Below are positions 17,710 to 28,683 of a stretch of DNA of 64,000 bases, one piece after another. A program made the position numbers and the translations under genes. Location: contig JBGAML010000003.1 of NCBI GenBank assembly GCA_044223005.1, positions 262,866-326,865 on the forward strand, in the 5' to 3' direction. This DNA is from Candidatus Eiseniibacteriota bacterium (GTDB taxonomy: Bacteria; Eisenbacteria; RBG-16-71-46). Position 1 is the stretch's first letter; the number at the start of each line of letters is the position of its first letter. Under the pieces are notes generated by a model. It was not told where the DNA came from. It saw nothing but the letters and a program-made list of their open reading frames with translations, and made no database searches.

Positions 17710-19032
17710 GTGACCTCGTCGCTGCAGCGCCGCCTCGAAGCCCTCTGGGGGCTGGAGCGCCGGCGCGACAAACTCGGCCTCGACGGCACGCGCACGCTCC
17801 TGTCGGCGCTCGGTGAGCCGCAGGCGCGATTCCGCGCCGTGCACGTCGCCGGCACCAACGGCAAGGGCTCCGTGTGCGCGCTCGTCGAGCGCGTGCTGCG
17901 GGCCGCCGCCGTGCGCACGGGCCTGTTCACGTCGCCGCACCTCGTCGATTTCCGCGAGCGCATCCGCGTCGACGGCGCCTGGCCCGACGAGGCCGCGCTC
18001 GAGGCCCGGCTCGCCGCGATCGAAGCGATCGCCGCCGGCACCGACCGCACGTTCTTCGAGATCTCGACCGCGCTCGCGTTCGACTGGTTCGCCGGGCAGG
18101 CCGTGGACTGGGGCGTGATCGAGGTCGGGCTCGGCGGGCGGCTCGACACCACCAACGTGCTCGTGCCGCGGATCACCGCGATCACTTCGATCGGGATCGA
18201 GCACGCCGAGATCCTCGGCGACACGCACGCGAAGATCGCCGCGGAGAAGGCCGGGATCCTCAAGCCCGGCGTGCCCGCGGTGACCGGCGTCGAGCACGAC
18301 GCCGCCGCGACCGTGATCGCGCACGCCGCGCGTGCCGTGGGCGCGCCGCTGCACGTGGCGCGCGATCTCGTGGACGTGAAGCAGGCGCAGTACGGCCCGT
18401 GGGGCACGCGCCTCACGGTGGAGTGCGAGCCGTGGGGCACGTTCCAGCTGCAGACGCCGCTGCGCGGCGGGCACCAGCGCGAGAACGCGCGTGTCGCGCT
18501 CGCGATCCTGTCGCTGCTCGCGCGTGCGGGCGAGGTTCGCGTCCCGCTCGCCGCCGTGCGCGCGGGCTTCGCCGAAGTGCGCTGGCCCGGCCGGCTCGAA
18601 CCGTCGCCGACCGTGCGGCGGCTGTGGTGGGACGGTGCGCACAACCTGGACGGCCTGCGGCGCATGGCGCACGCGTGGCGTGACGAGATGGGCATGGAGC
18701 CCCCCGCGGGGATCGTGTTCGCGACCGCTCGCGACAAGGACGCCCGCGCGATGCTGCAGCGGCTCGGGGCGTTCGCGCCCGGCGCGCGGCTCGTGCTCAC
18801 GCGCACGCGGAGCGAGCGCGCGACGCCGCCCGAGGTGCTCGCCGAGCACGCGGCCGCGCTCGGGCTCGCGCACGAGATCGCGCCGGGCGTGCGCGAGGCG
18901 CTGGAGCCCTGGCTCGACCACGGCTCCGACGGCCGCGGCCGCGCCGGCGGGCGCGTGCTGCTCTGCGGCTCGCTGTTCGCGGTGGGCGAGGCCATGGAGG
19001 CGTTCGGCGGCGCGCCGGGCGAGCGTCAGTGA
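17710..19032 (+). CDS. folC: Folylpolyglutamate synthase / dihydrofolate synthase
   Basis: Mur-ligase P-loop VHVAGTNGKGSV and the ITSIGIEH motif. GTG start. Confidence 0.85.
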   Translation: MTSSLQRRLEALWGLERRRDKLGLDGTRTLLSALGEPQARFRAVHVAGTNGKGSVCALVERVLRAAAVRTGLFTSPHLVDFRERIRVDGAWPDEAALEARLAAIEAIAAGTDRTFFEISTALAFDWFAGQAVDWGVIEVGLGGRLDTTNVLVPRITAITSIGIEHAEILGDTHAKIAAEKAGILKPGVPAVTGVEHDAAATVIAHAARAVGAPLHVARDLVDVKQAQYGPWGTRLTVECEPWGTFQLQTPLRGGHQRENARVALAILSLLARAGEVRVPLAAVRAGFAEVRWPGRLEPSPTVRRLWWDGAHNLDGLRRMAHAWRDEMGMEPPAGIVFATARDKDARAMLQRLGAFAPGARLVLTRTRSERATPPEVLAEHAAALGLAHEIAPGVREALEPWLDHGSDGRGRAGGRVLLCGSLFAVGEAMEAFGGAPGERQ

Positions 19033-22000
19033 GGCGCGTCGCGCTGCTGCTCGCGATCGCCGCCGCGCTGATCCTGCCCGCGGCCGGCCGTGGCGCGCCC
19101 GCGGGGCCGCCCGAACCTCCGTTCCGGATCAGCGCCGACAACCTGACCGGCGGGCGCGAGCCCGACGGCGACGTGCTCTACCTGAACGGCAACCTGCGCG
19201 TGACGCGCGGGCGCACGGTGCTCACCGCCGACAACGGCCGCTACCTGCGCGCCACCGGGCTCATCGACCTCACGGGCAACGTGAAGCTCGTCGACAGCTC
19301 GACGACCGTCACCTGCGAGCACGCGACGTTCTCGGAGAACGACGACCGCCTGAACCTCGACGGCAACGTGGTGATCGTGGACAAGGAGGCGCGGCTGCAC
19401 GCCCCCATGGGCTGGTACGACCGCCGTACCGGCCTCGCGCACCTGACCGGCGGCGTGTCCGGCCAGGAGAAGCAGCAGCACATCTTCGCGGACGAGGCGA
19501 CCTACCTGCGCGATTCCTCGATCGTGCAGGCCCGCGGCCACGTGCGCGGTGTCGACGACGAGAGCCACTCGGACCTCGAGGCGAAGGCGGTGGACTTCGA
19601 CCGCCGGACGCGCGTCGCCGTGGCGACCGGGGACCCCGTGCTGCGCTCGAAGGACGCCGACAGCAGCGTCACCGTGCTGCGCGCGCTCAAGCTGCGCGTG
19701 GATTCGAGGTCACGCGTCGCCGAGGCCATGGACTCGGTGCGCGTCGAGCGCGACACGCTGAGCGGCCGGGCCGACTACGCGCGCTTCGACGACCTGTCGG
19801 GCGAGGGCATCCTGCTCGGCTCGCCGCGGCTGTGGGACCAGGAGACGCGCGTGTCGGGCGACACGATCGAGACGCGGGCGCAGAAGCGCAAGCTCCAGCG
19901 CGTCATCGTGCGCGGCAACGCCGTCATGGACTACCTCGGTCTCCGCGCGACCAACGCCGGCGAATCGAGCCGCCTGACCGGCACGCGGCTCGAGGCGTGG
20001 GTCGGCGGCGACCACATCGACAGCCTCATGGCCACCGGGAAGGCGAGCAACGACTACGGCTCGACCAAGAAGGCGGGGAAGACCGCCGAGCGGAACCTGG
20101 CGTACGGCGACACGATCCTCGTCTACTTCAAGGACCGCAAGATCGACCGCGCGCGGCTGCAGTCGGGCGCGCACGGGGAATACCGGCCCGCGGTGGACGA
20201 GAAGGACACGCTCGCGGTCGCGAACGAGGTCGTGCGCTACGACGGCCGGCACATCGACTTCGTGGTCCCGAAGAACACCATCGTGCTCGACGGGCTCGCG
20301 CACCTGACCTACCGCGAGCTCGAGCTGAACGCGAAGCAGGTCGAGTTCGACAGCGAGAAGCAGACGCTGGTCGCGCGCGGCACGCCGCGGCTGCTCGACA
20401 AGGGCGACAAGGTCGACGGCCGCATGATGACCTACGACCTCGGCTCGCGCGTGGGCACGATCTACGAGGCGAAGACCGCGTACGAGAAGGGGCTCTACCG
20501 CGGCGACCGGATCCGCAAGGTGGGGGACAACGAGCTCGACGTGATGAACGGCTCGTACACGACGTGCGACCTCGACCATCCGCACTACCACTTCTCGGCG
20601 CACTACATGAAGATCTACCTCAAGGACAAGCTGGTCGCGAAGCCGGTCGTCTTCTACCTGCGCAACGTGCCCGTGCTGGCGCTGCCCTTCTACGTGTTCC
20701 CGATCAAACCCGGCCGGCACTCCGGGTTCCTGTTCCCGGCGTTCGAATTCGGGTTCAACAACCGCGCGGGCCAGTTCATCCGCAACGCCGGCTACTACTG
20801 GGCGCCCAACGACTACATGGACCTGACGCTCGCGGCCGACTACTACCAGGCCGCGCCGTCGTACACCCTGCACGCGGACGGGAACTACAAGCTCCTCTAC
20901 AAGTTCGACGGCCAGTTCTCGGGCCGCTACGAGCGCAACGAGGGCAGCGGCCGCGCCGACTACGTGTTCGACGGCTGGCATTCGCAGGAAGTGACGCCGC
21001 GCACGCGCTTCATCGCCCGGGGCAACTTCGTCTCGAGCCGCGACTACAACGCCAGCGCGCTTTCGGGCTCGACGCTCGAGCAGCGGCTGAACCGCTTCCT
21101 CACGTCGAGCCTGTCGCTGTCGCACTCGGCCGACTGGGCGTCGTTCAGTGCCGTCATGGACCGGCGCCAGGATCTCGACGCCGACCAGTCGATCACCGTT
21201 CCGTTCGGCGCGAACACCGCGCCGGGGCTCTACAAGCCCGGAACGTTCGCCTCGCTGCCCAACCTGACCCTCAACTCGCCCAACCTGTCGGTGCAGTTCC
21301 CCTCGCGCACGCTGGGCAGCTACCGCTTCTTCAAGGACACGAAGGCCGAAACGCTGCTGTCGTCGACCTACCTGAGCCTCGGTACCCAGTTCCAGAGCTA
21401 CAGCACGCGGCAGGCGTTCGTGCGCAACTGGCAGTACCGCTACGACGGGCTCGGCAACGCCGTCGACTCGGCGACCGTGCTCGACCAGCGCGTGATCACG
21501 CGCCGCGGGTTCGTGACCAACTTCGGGCTCTCGGACGCGCGGCGGCTCTTCGGCTGGCTCAACGTCTCGCCGGGCATCAGCGGCCAGGCCGTCGTGTTCG
21601 ACTTCGACGAGCAGGGGCATCGCCTCGTGCCCGCCGCGACGTGGTCGTCGTCCGCCGGCATGAGTTCGACCTTCTACGGCACGTTCAAGCCCAAGCTGCC
21701 CTACGTCGCCGGCATCCGGCACGTGCTGTTCCCCAGCGTGGCGGTCAGCTATTCGCCCGCCAATCCGGGACTCCAGTACCGCGACACCTCGGGCGTGCTG
21801 CGCAACCGGTTCAACGGCTTCGGCAGCATCAATGTCTCCGCCGCCAAGAGCGCGTTCGTCACGATGGCGCTGGACCAGCGCTTCCAGGTGAAGCTCAAGA
21901 ACGGCGACAAGGTGACGCGCATCGACAACCTGCTCAGCTGGAGTACCGCCACGAGCTACAACCTGCTCTGGCGCGAGCAGCACGCGCTGCACCCGATGAC

Positions 22001-22547
22001 ACCCATCGCGACCGTGCTCACGCTGCAGCCGCCGGGCTTCGTCTACGCGAGCGCGAACGGCACGTTCGACCAGTACAACGGCCGGCCGCTGCAGAACGGG
22101 AACTTCAACCTCGGGATGAACTTCTCGAGCAGCGGCGCGCGCAAGAACCCCGCGCCGCTCGCGACCGATGCCGCCGCGCGCAAGGACGAGATCGTCGGCC
22201 CCGCCGACTTCCGGGAGACGTGGCGCGCGTCGCTGGCCTACTCGTACAGCGGTGGCCAGTCGACGCGCGGCTGGACCGCGCAGAAGACCGCGAACGGTAC
22301 GTTCTCGTACCAGATGACGCCCAACTGGCAGCTCGACTACTCCGCCGCCTACGACGTCACCCGCGCGCAGGTGCTCTCGCAGCGCTACAGCGTCACGCGC
22401 ATCATCCACTGCTGGGAAGCGACTTTCACCCGCTCGTTCGTGCCCGGCAACGAGGCGGAGTACTACTTCCGCCTGGGCGTGCGCGACCAGCGCGAGATCT
22501 ACTTCGAGCGCGGCACCCGGGCCCAGAGCTTCGGCGGCATCCAATAG
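19029..22547 (+). CDS. lptD: LptD/OstA-family outer-membrane LPS-assembly protein (large, 1172 aa)
   Basis: Signal peptide. The N-terminal OstA-like beta-jellyroll repeats ([20 protein letters not shown]..., [14 protein letters not shown]...) are followed by a long beta-barrel-like C-terminal region. A GTG start overlaps the folC stop. Confidence 0.6.
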   Translation: MRRVALLLAIAAALILPAAGRGAPAGPPEPPFRISADNLTGGREPDGDVLYLNGNLRVTRGRTVLTADNGRYLRATGLIDLTGNVKLVDSSTTVTCEHATFSENDDRLNLDGNVVIVDKEARLHAPMGWYDRRTGLAHLTGGVSGQEKQQHIFADEATYLRDSSIVQARGHVRGVDDESHSDLEAKAVDFDRRTRVAVATGDPVLRSKDADSSVTVLRALKLRVDSRSRVAEAMDSVRVERDTLSGRADYARFDDLSGEGILLGSPRLWDQETRVSGDTIETRAQKRKLQRVIVRGNAVMDYLGLRATNAGESSRLTGTRLEAWVGGDHIDSLMATGKASNDYGSTKKAGKTAERNLAYGDTILVYFKDRKIDRARLQSGAHGEYRPAVDEKDTLAVANEVVRYDGRHIDFVVPKNTIVLDGLAHLTYRELELNAKQVEFDSEKQTLVARGTPRLLDKGDKVDGRMMTYDLGSRVGTIYEAKTAYEKGLYRGDRIRKVGDNELDVMNGSYTTCDLDHPHYHFSAHYMKIYLKDKLVAKPVVFYLRNVPVLALPFYVFPIKPGRHSGFLFPAFEFGFNNRAGQFIRNAGYYWAPNDYMDLTLAADYYQAAPSYTLHADGNYKLLYKFDGQFSGRYERNEGSGRADYVFDGWHSQEVTPRTRFIARGNFVSSRDYNASALSGSTLEQRLNRFLTSSLSLSHSADWASFSAVMDRRQDLDADQSITVPFGANTAPGLYKPGTFASLPNLTLNSPNLSVQFPSRTLGSYRFFKDTKAETLLSSTYLSLGTQFQSYSTRQAFVRNWQYRYDGLGNAVDSATVLDQRVITRRGFVTNFGLSDARRLFGWLNVSPGISGQAVVFDFDEQGHRLVPAATWSSSAGMSSTFYGTFKPKLPYVAGIRHVLFPSVAVSYSPANPGLQYRDTSGVLRNRFNGFGSINVSAAKSAFVTMALDQRFQVKLKNGDKVTRIDNLLSWSTATSYNLLWREQHALHPMTPIATVLTLQPPGFVYASANGTFDQYNGRPLQNGNFNLGMNFSSSGARKNPAPLATDAAARKDEIVGPADFRETWRASLAYSYSGGQSTRGWTAQKTANGTFSYQMTPNWQLDYSAAYDVTRAQVLSQRYSVTRIIHCWEATFTRSFVPGNEAEYYFRLGVRDQREIYFERGTRAQSFGGIQ

Positions 22548-22602
22548 GTCGCGCGACTCCCCGGCGGAGTCGCCGACTTCTACCGGAAATGGGACTTCCC
22601 AC

Positions 22603-24957
22603 ATGAGCTTCATCCCACTGCAGACCGTCCGCCGCGAGGGCGCGGCGCCGCCGCCGGTCGTCGACTCGGTCCGGCTGCGCATCTCGGGCATGCACTGCGC
22701 GTCGTGCGTGAGCCGCGTCGAGGCGGCGCTGGGCTCGGTGCCCGGCGTGGCCTCGGCGGCGGTGAACCTGGCGACGATGCGGGCGGAGGTCGCGCTCACG
22801 CGGCCGGTGAGCGGGGACGTGCTCGCGGCGGCGATCCGGCAGGCGGGCTACGACGCGCACGTGGTGACGACGCCCGTGGCCGACGACGCCGAGGTGAAGG
22901 CGCGCGCCGAGGAACTGGCGACGGTGCGGCGGCGGTTCGTGACGGCGCTCGCGTTCGGGGCGCCCGTGCTGGTGCTGGCGCACCTCTCGCTGGTCCCGGG
23001 CGTCGCCACGCCCGAGTGGGCGAATCCCGTGCAACTCGTGCTCGCGACGCTCGTGCAGTTCGGTGCGGGCTGGGGCTTCGTGCGCGGCATGGTGCGCGGG
23101 TTCGCGCGCCGCGCGCCCGACATGGACACGCTCGTCGGGCTCGGCACGCTCACCGCGTGGAGCTACTCGGCGCTCGCGACGCTGGCGCCCGCCGTGGTGG
23201 GCGAGCACCACGGGGCGCACACCTATTTCGACACCTCGGTCACGATCGTCGTGCTGATCCTGCTCGGGCGGCTGCTCGAGGCGCGCGCCAAGACGCGCGC
23301 GTCGCGCGCCATGCGCGAGCTGCTCGACCTGCGCCCGCGCACCGCGCGGCGGCTGCGCGACGCGGCCGACGCGGTGGGCGAGGACGTGCCGCTCGACGCG
23401 GTGCAGCCCGGCGACCGGTTGCTCGTGCGGCCGGGCGAGCGTGTGCCGGTGGACGGCGTGATCGACGGCGGCCGCTCGGCCGTGGACCAGAGCATGCTCA
23501 CCGGCGAGCCCATCCCCGTCGACGTCGGCCCGGGCAGCCGCGTCACGGGCGCGACGATGAACCAGACCGGCGCGTTCACGATGCGCGCCGAGCGCGTGGG
23601 TGCCGAGTCGATGCTCATGCAGATCGTGGCCATGGTCGAGCGCGCGCAGACGAGCAAGGCCGCCGTGCAGTCGCTCGCCGACCGCATCGCGGCCGTGTTC
23701 GTGCCCGCGGTGATCGGCGTGGCACTCGTCGCGTTCGCGGCGTGGCTGCTCGCCGGCGCCGGGCTCGCGCCGGCGCTGCTGCGCCTGGTCGCGGTGCTGA
23801 TCGTGGCGTGCCCGTGCGCGCTCGGGCTCGCCACGCCGACCGCGCTCATCGTCGGCACCGGCCGCGGCGCCGAGATGGGCGTGTTGGTGCGCGACGCACG
23901 CGCGCTGGAATCGGCCGCCGCGGTGGACACCGTGGTGTTCGACAAGACGGGCACGCTGACGCGCGGCGCACCGCAGCTGACCGACGTGGTGCCCGCGCCG
24001 GGCTGCGACGCGCAGCGGCTGCTGCAGGCCGTGGCCACCGCCGAGTCGCGCAGCGAGCACCCGCTCGCCACGGCGATCGTGCGTGGCGCGCGCGAGCGCG
24101 GCGCGGAACCGCTCGCCGTCGAGGACTTCGGCGCCGCGCCCGGCCGCGGCGTATGGGCGTTCGCCTCCGGCCGCGCACTCGCCGCCGGCCGCGACGAGCT
24201 GCTCGCCGAGTACGGCGCCGACCCCGCGCCGCTCGCCGCCGAACGCGAGCGGCTCGAGGCGCTGGGGCGCACCGTGGTCGGCGTCGCCGACACCGGCGAG
24301 CTGCTCGGGCTGGTCGCGCTCGCCGACACCGCGCGGCCCGAGGCGGCCGCCGTGGTGGCGGCGCTGCAGCGCGAGGGGCGCGAGGTGTGGCTGCTGACCG
24401 GTGACCACACCGCCACCGCGCGCGCCGTGGCCGCGGGGGCGGGCATCGCCCCCGAGCGCGTGATCGCCGAGGTGCTGCCGTCCGAGAAGCGCGAACGGAT
24501 CTCCGCGCTGCAGGCGCAGGGCCGCAAGGTCGCGATGGTGGGCGACGGGCTCAACGACGCGCCCGCGCTGGCGCAGGCCGATGCCGGGCTCGCGATGGCG
24601 AGCGGCACCGACGTCGCCATGGAGGCGAGCAGCTTCACGCTGCTGCGCGGCGACCTCACCGCAGTGCGCGACGCGCTCGCGCTCTCTCGGCGCACGCTGC
24701 AGGTGATCCGCCAGAACCTCTTCTGGGCGTTCGCCTACAACGTCGTGCTGATCCCGGTCGCCGCCGGCGCGCTCGTGCCGCTGCTCGCGGGCAACACGCC
24801 CGGCGGTCCGCTCTGGGGCTGGCGCGGCACCCTGCACCCGATGCTCGCGTCGCTCGCCATGGCGCTCTCCAGCGTGTCGGTCGTCAGCTCGTCGTTGCGC
24901 CTGCGCGGCTTTCGCGGCTTTCACCGAGAGGCGGGCGGCGCGATACTGCCCCGCTGA
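22603..24957 (+). CDS. copA: Copper-translocating P1B-type ATPase
   Basis: HMA domain [18 protein letters not shown] transmembrane metal site [10 protein letters not shown]. Phosphorylation site DKTGTLT. The [10 protein letters not shown] hinge motif. Confidence 0.9.
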   Translation: MSFIPLQTVRREGAAPPPVVDSVRLRISGMHCASCVSRVEAALGSVPGVASAAVNLATMRAEVALTRPVSGDVLAAAIRQAGYDAHVVTTPVADDAEVKARAEELATVRRRFVTALAFGAPVLVLAHLSLVPGVATPEWANPVQLVLATLVQFGAGWGFVRGMVRGFARRAPDMDTLVGLGTLTAWSYSALATLAPAVVGEHHGAHTYFDTSVTIVVLILLGRLLEARAKTRASRAMRELLDLRPRTARRLRDAADAVGEDVPLDAVQPGDRLLVRPGERVPVDGVIDGGRSAVDQSMLTGEPIPVDVGPGSRVTGATMNQTGAFTMRAERVGAESMLMQIVAMVERAQTSKAAVQSLADRIAAVFVPAVIGVALVAFAAWLLAGAGLAPALLRLVAVLIVACPCALGLATPTALIVGTGRGAEMGVLVRDARALESAAAVDTVVFDKTGTLTRGAPQLTDVVPAPGCDAQRLLQAVATAESRSEHPLATAIVRGARERGAEPLAVEDFGAAPGRGVWAFASGRALAAGRDELLAEYGADPAPLAAERERLEALGRTVVGVADTGELLGLVALADTARPEAAAVVAALQREGREVWLLTGDHTATARAVAAGAGIAPERVIAEVLPSEKRERISALQAQGRKVAMVGDGLNDAPALAQADAGLAMASGTDVAMEASSFTLLRGDLTAVRDALALSRRTLQVIRQNLFWAFAYNVVLIPVAAGALVPLLAGNTPGGPLWGWRGTLHPMLASLAMALSSVSVVSSSLRLRGFRGFHREAGGAILPR

Positions 24958-24998
24958 CGGCGCGAACGCGCGCCGAACCCCCACTCGAAGAGGATCCG

Positions 24999-25328
24999 AT
25001 GCGCCGAATCGTGATGTCGCTCGCCGTGCTCGCGCTCGCCGCGGGCTGTGCCGCCTCCAGCGGCCCCAAGGAAGTGCAGGTCCAGGTCACCGACGACGGC
25101 TTCGTGCCCAAGAGCGTCGAAGTCGCGAAGGGCCAGGCCGTGACGCTGGTGATCACGCGCCAGGTCGAGGCCACCTGCGCGACCGAGGCCGTGTTCGCGA
25201 AGAGCGGGCAGAAGTACGACCTGCCGCTGCACGTGGCGGTCCGCATCCCGATCCCGACCGAACAGGCGGACACGCTCAAGTACGCGTGCGGGATGGACAT
25301 GTACCACGGGCAGGTCGTGGTGAAGTGA
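24999..25328 (+). CDS. Small cupredoxin-like lipoprotein (possible Cu-binding)
   Basis: Lipoprotein signal (LALAAGCAA). Candidate Cu ligands Cys/His/Met are clustered at the C-terminus (YACGMDMYHG). It lies directly downstream of copA. Confidence 0.45.
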   Translation: MRRIVMSLAVLALAAGCAASSGPKEVQVQVTDDGFVPKSVEVAKGQAVTLVITRQVEATCATEAVFAKSGQKYDLPLHVAVRIPIPTEQADTLKYACGMDMYHGQVVVK

Positions 25329-26065
25329 TCGACCGCGCGGCCGCCGCGATCCGCGGCGCGGGCTTCGTGCTCGTGCTGACCGGCGCGGGCGTTTCGGCCG
25401 AGAGCGGCGTGCCCACGTTTCGCGGTGCCGGCGGGTACTGGCGCCGGCACCACTTCATGGACCTCGCGACGCCCGAGGCGTTCGCGCGCGATCCGCGGCT
25501 CGTGTGGGACTGGTACCTCGACCGGCGCGCCACCGTGCGCGCGTGCGCGCCCAACGCCGCGCACCACGCGCTGGCCGCGTGGGCGCAGCGCGCACGCGGC
25601 CGGCTCGTGACGCAGAACGTGGACGGCCTGCACGAGCGGGCCGGGCATCCGGACGTGGTGCGATTCCACGGCTCGCTCTGGCGCTGCCGCTGCTCGGGCT
25701 GCGGAGCGGAGCGCGACGACGCGTCGCTCGCCTACGCCGAGCTGCCGCGCTGCGCCGCGTGCGGGGCGCTCGAGCGGCCCGGCGTGGTGTGGTTCGGCGA
25801 ATCGATCCCGCGCGCGGCGGCCGACGCGGCGTGGGACGCCGCGGGCGAGGCCGACGTCGTGCTCGTGATCGGCACGACGGGCGTGGTGCAGCCGGCCGCG
25901 GGGCTCGCCGAATCGGCGCGCGCGCACGGCGCGCGCGTGATCGAGGTGAACCCGGATCCCGCGTATGGCGACGGCGAACGAGGCGCGCTCGGCGGCACGT
26001 GGCTGCGCGCGACGGCGTGCGAGGTGGTGCCGAAGCTGATGGGGGAGACCGCCGGTCGCGGCTAG
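25325..26065 (+). CDS. cobB: NAD-dependent protein deacylase, Sir2 family
   Basis: GAGVSAESGVPTFRG Rossmann/NAD motif. Zn-ribbon Cys pairs (CRCSGCG...CAACG). The GTG start at 25325 overlaps the preceding stop. Confidence 0.8.
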   Translation: MIDRAAAAIRGAGFVLVLTGAGVSAESGVPTFRGAGGYWRRHHFMDLATPEAFARDPRLVWDWYLDRRATVRACAPNAAHHALAAWAQRARGRLVTQNVDGLHERAGHPDVVRFHGSLWRCRCSGCGAERDDASLAYAELPRCAACGALERPGVVWFGESIPRAAADAAWDAAGEADVVLVIGTTGVVQPAAGLAESARAHGARVIEVNPDPAYGDGERGALGGTWLRATACEVVPKLMGETAGRG

Positions 26066-26883
26066 GCGAGTCCCCAGTCGTCCAGCTCGTCCTCGTCCAG
26101 GCCCATCAGGTGGCCGACCTCGTGGCGCACGGTGATGCTCACCTCGCGCGCGAGCTCTTCCTCGTCGTTGCACGCGCGCAGGAGGTTTCGGCGGAAGAGG
26201 TAGATCGCACCCGGCGCCGACGCCGGTGCGCTCGCGCCCTGCGCAAAGATGTGCCGGCCCACGAAGAGGCCCAGCAGGTCCGGCGGCAGCGGCGGGTCCT
26301 CGCCGGTCAGCATGTCGGGCGTCGGCAGCGGCTGCACCAGCACCGGCATCTCGTCGAGCTTCTTGCGCACCTGCGGCGGCAGTTCGTGCACCGCGCGCTC
26401 GACCAGCCGGTCGAACACCGCATCCGAGACCACGAGCGGTGGGGGGAAGCCCTCCGGGTCCAGCGTGCCCGCGCGTTCAGCCGCGGCGGTCGCCCCCGCC
26501 TCGTCGCCGAGGTGCTCGCACACGCGCGAGAGCAGGTCCCACGCGTGCGCATCGTCGGGATGGATCGCGAGCGCTCGCTCGACGTCCTCGCGAGCCTCCG
26601 TGAAGCGGACGAGGTCGTAGTGGGCCGCGGCGCGCAGGTAGAAGAAGTGCGCGGGGTCGGCCGAACGTTCGGCGCCGCGGAGCGCGTCGAGCGCCTGCGA
26701 GGGTTCGCCTTCCTCCAGGTGGATCGTCGCGTCGACGATGCGGAGGTCCGGCTGGTCCGGCCGGCGGCGCAGCATGGAGTCCAGCGTCCGGCGCGCCTGT
26801 TCGAGCTCGCCTTCGTCCAGCAGGTCGTGGATCCGCTCGACCGACGCCCAGTCCGTTTCCGTCAGCGCTTCGTAAGGTTTCAT
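26062..26883 (-). CDS. TPR-containing zincin-like metallopeptidase family protein
   Basis: N-terminal TPR-like repeats. The C-terminus carries HEVGHLMGLDEDELDDWGL (HExxH plus an acidic motif). The start is set at MKPYEAL (ATG 26883). Confidence 0.55.
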   Translation of the reverse strand: MKPYEALTETDWASVERIHDLLDEGELEQARRTLDSMLRRRPDQPDLRIVDATIHLEEGEPSQALDALRGAERSADPAHFFYLRAAAHYDLVRFTEAREDVERALAIHPDDAHAWDLLSRVCEHLGDEAGATAAAERAGTLDPEGFPPPLVVSDAVFDRLVERAVHELPPQVRKKLDEMPVLVQPLPTPDMLTGEDPPLPPDLLGLFVGRHIFAQGASAPASAPGAIYLFRRNLLRACNDEEELAREVSITVRHEVGHLMGLDEDELDDWGLA

Positions 26884-26955
26884 GGACGGGGGAGCGTATC
26901 GCGCGGGCCCGGGCGGCGCCAACCGCGTCGGGAGGGCCGGAAACCGCCGTGGATC

Positions 26956-26985
26956 TTGACCCCCGGCACGGCCGGTCCCTAGACT
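26956..26985 (+). promoter_or_regulatory. Candidate sigma70-like promoter TTGACC-18nt-TAGACT upstream of the 27051 gene
   Basis: Hexamers read directly. It lies about 65 nt upstream of the ATG at 27051. Confidence 0.3.
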
Positions 26986-27050
26986 ATCGGGAAGCCTCCC
27001 CACTGCCCGGGTTCCCCGGAGCCACCCACATCCCGGAGACGTCCACGTCC

Positions 27051-28493
27051 ATGAAGTCGTTCGCGTTCCGACTGTCCGCGCTCGTCATGGCACTCGTCGC
27101 CATCGCCGTGCTCGCGGGAGCCGCGTCCAAGGGCCACAAGGGCGCCGCGAATACCCCCGATACGCTGATCATCCTCTCCACGACCGACGTGAAGGGGAAG
27201 ACCAGCCCCTGTGGTTGACACACGCCCAAGGGGGGCCTCGCCCGGCGGGCGGGATTCGTGGACAGCTTGAAGACGCAGTACAGCCAGGTGCTCCTCGTCG
27301 ACGACGGCGGATTCTTCCCCGAGCAGGACGACTACGAGGACGCCGCGTGGTTCCTCATGGACGCCATGAAGGTGCTGGGCGTGGACGCGGTCGGCGTGAG
27401 CGAGAAGGAACTGCGCTACGGGCGCTCGTTCCTGGTCGCGAACTACAACCGCACGCACCTGCCGCTCGTGTGCGCCAACCTCTTCGACCGTGACACCAAG
27501 AAGACGCTCGTCGCGCCGTACGTGATCAAGAAGGTCGGCACGGTGACCGTGGGCATCTTCGGCCTCACGTCGGACAAGATCGATCTCGGTTCCTCGCGCG
27601 ATTCGCTGATGGTCGAGGACCCCACGATCGCCTGCAAGCGCACGGTCGACGAACTGCGCAAGAAGGGCGCGACCGTGGTCGTGCTGCTGTCGCAGCTCGG
27701 CAAGGTCGAGAGCGAAGACCTGGTCACAGCGGTGGACGGCGTGGACGTGGTCATCTGCGGCCGCAACATGCCCATGCTGCAGAAGGGCCGCATGGTGAAG
27801 AACACCGTCGCCTGCTACGGCGGCGAGCAGGGCCAGTACGTCGGTCGCACCAAGGTGGTCCTCGACGCGCAACGCAAGATGAAGTCGGGCGACAACGAGA
27901 TGTTCATCCTCGGCCCCGAGATCGCCGAGAAGCCCGAGGTCCTCACGCTGGTCAAGAGCTTCGAGGACAGCTTCAACGACAAGCTGCGCAAGAAGGAGAA
28001 GGAGAAGGCGGCCGCGGCCGAGCTGAACCGCGTGAACAACGGCGGGGCTGCGAGCGAGCAGGCGACCGACCACTACCTGGGCGCCGAGTTCTGCCAGCGC
28101 TGTCACAAGGCCGAGTACGACCAGTGGAGCACCACCAAGCACGCGCACGCGTGGCAGACGCTGGTCGACGCCAAGAAGGACGCCGTGGTCGAGTGCGTGG
28201 GCTGCCACGTCACCGGCTACAAGCAGCCCGGCGGCTACGACCTGGGCGGCGACACGCGCATGACCAACGTCCAGTGCGAGAACTGCCACGGCATGGGCAC
28301 GCAGCACGAGGCCTACCCGACGCAGCCGCGCCGGATCACGGCCGCCACCTGCCAGCGTTGCCACACGGCGAACAACAGCCCCACGTTCGATTTCGCGATC
28401 TACCAGCCGCACATCCTGCACGTGGCCCCGGCCAACATGCCGGCGCTGCCGAAGAGCCAGGCGCGCGAGCGCATGCTCGGCAAGGGCAAGTAG
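27051..28493 (+). CDS. Secreted 5'-nucleotidase/metallophosphatase-like domain fused to a C-terminal tetraheme c-type cytochrome, with one in-frame TGA at 27216-27218 (candidate selenocysteine or read-through, otherwise a pseudogene)
   Basis: Signal peptide MKSFAFRLSALVMALVAIAVLAGAAS. The motif LIILSTTDVKGKTSPCG-TGA-HTPKGGLARRAGFV...VLLVDDGGFF aligns across the TGA with the 5'-nucleotidase/UshA/SoxB-type N-terminal metallophosphatase region. The C-terminus has four CxxCH motifs (CQRCH, CVGCH, CENCH, CQRCH). Both ORF-track pieces (26949..27218 and 27258..28493) are in the same frame. Confidence 0.55.
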
Positions 28494-28518
28494 CGCGACG
28501 AACGGCCGAAGCGAAACG

Positions 28519-28553
28519 GGCCCGCGGCGGAGACGCCGCGGGCCTTCGTCTTG
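28519..28553 (+). terminator. Rho-independent-type terminator hairpin (11-bp perfect stem, GAGA loop, T-rich tail)
   Basis: GGCCCGCGGCG-GAGA-CGCCGCGGGCC followed by TTCGTCTTG, 25 nt after the stop at 28493. Confidence 0.5.
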
Positions 28554-28683
28554 ACGCCCCCTTCGCAGCCCGCCTACCTTCCCGCCCGGCCCAGAGTACG
28601 CGGCCCCCGAGCCACTCCCGCGGGGCGCGCCGGCCGTCCCGCAACGTCCGCGCCTGCCCGATTCCTCACCCCGCGAGGCTCCC

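Noticed and set aside
19710-22799. 1029-aa minus-strand ORF antisense to lptD and the copA start
   Set aside because: Antisense to genes with clear family motifs. The translation is dominated by Arg/Ala/Val/Gly with no recognizable domain.
22426-24984. 852-aa minus-strand ORF antisense to copA
   Set aside because: The copA plus-strand reading has all the P-type ATPase motifs. The antisense ORF is low-complexity, Arg/Gly/Ala-rich.
27258-28493. Treating the downstream piece as an independent gene starting at GTG 27258
   Set aside because: It would lack the signal peptide needed for c-type haem attachment, would begin mid-way through the metallophosphatase-like domain, and has no convincing RBS. 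It is kept as part of a single TGA-containing gene, with the pseudogene alternative flagged.
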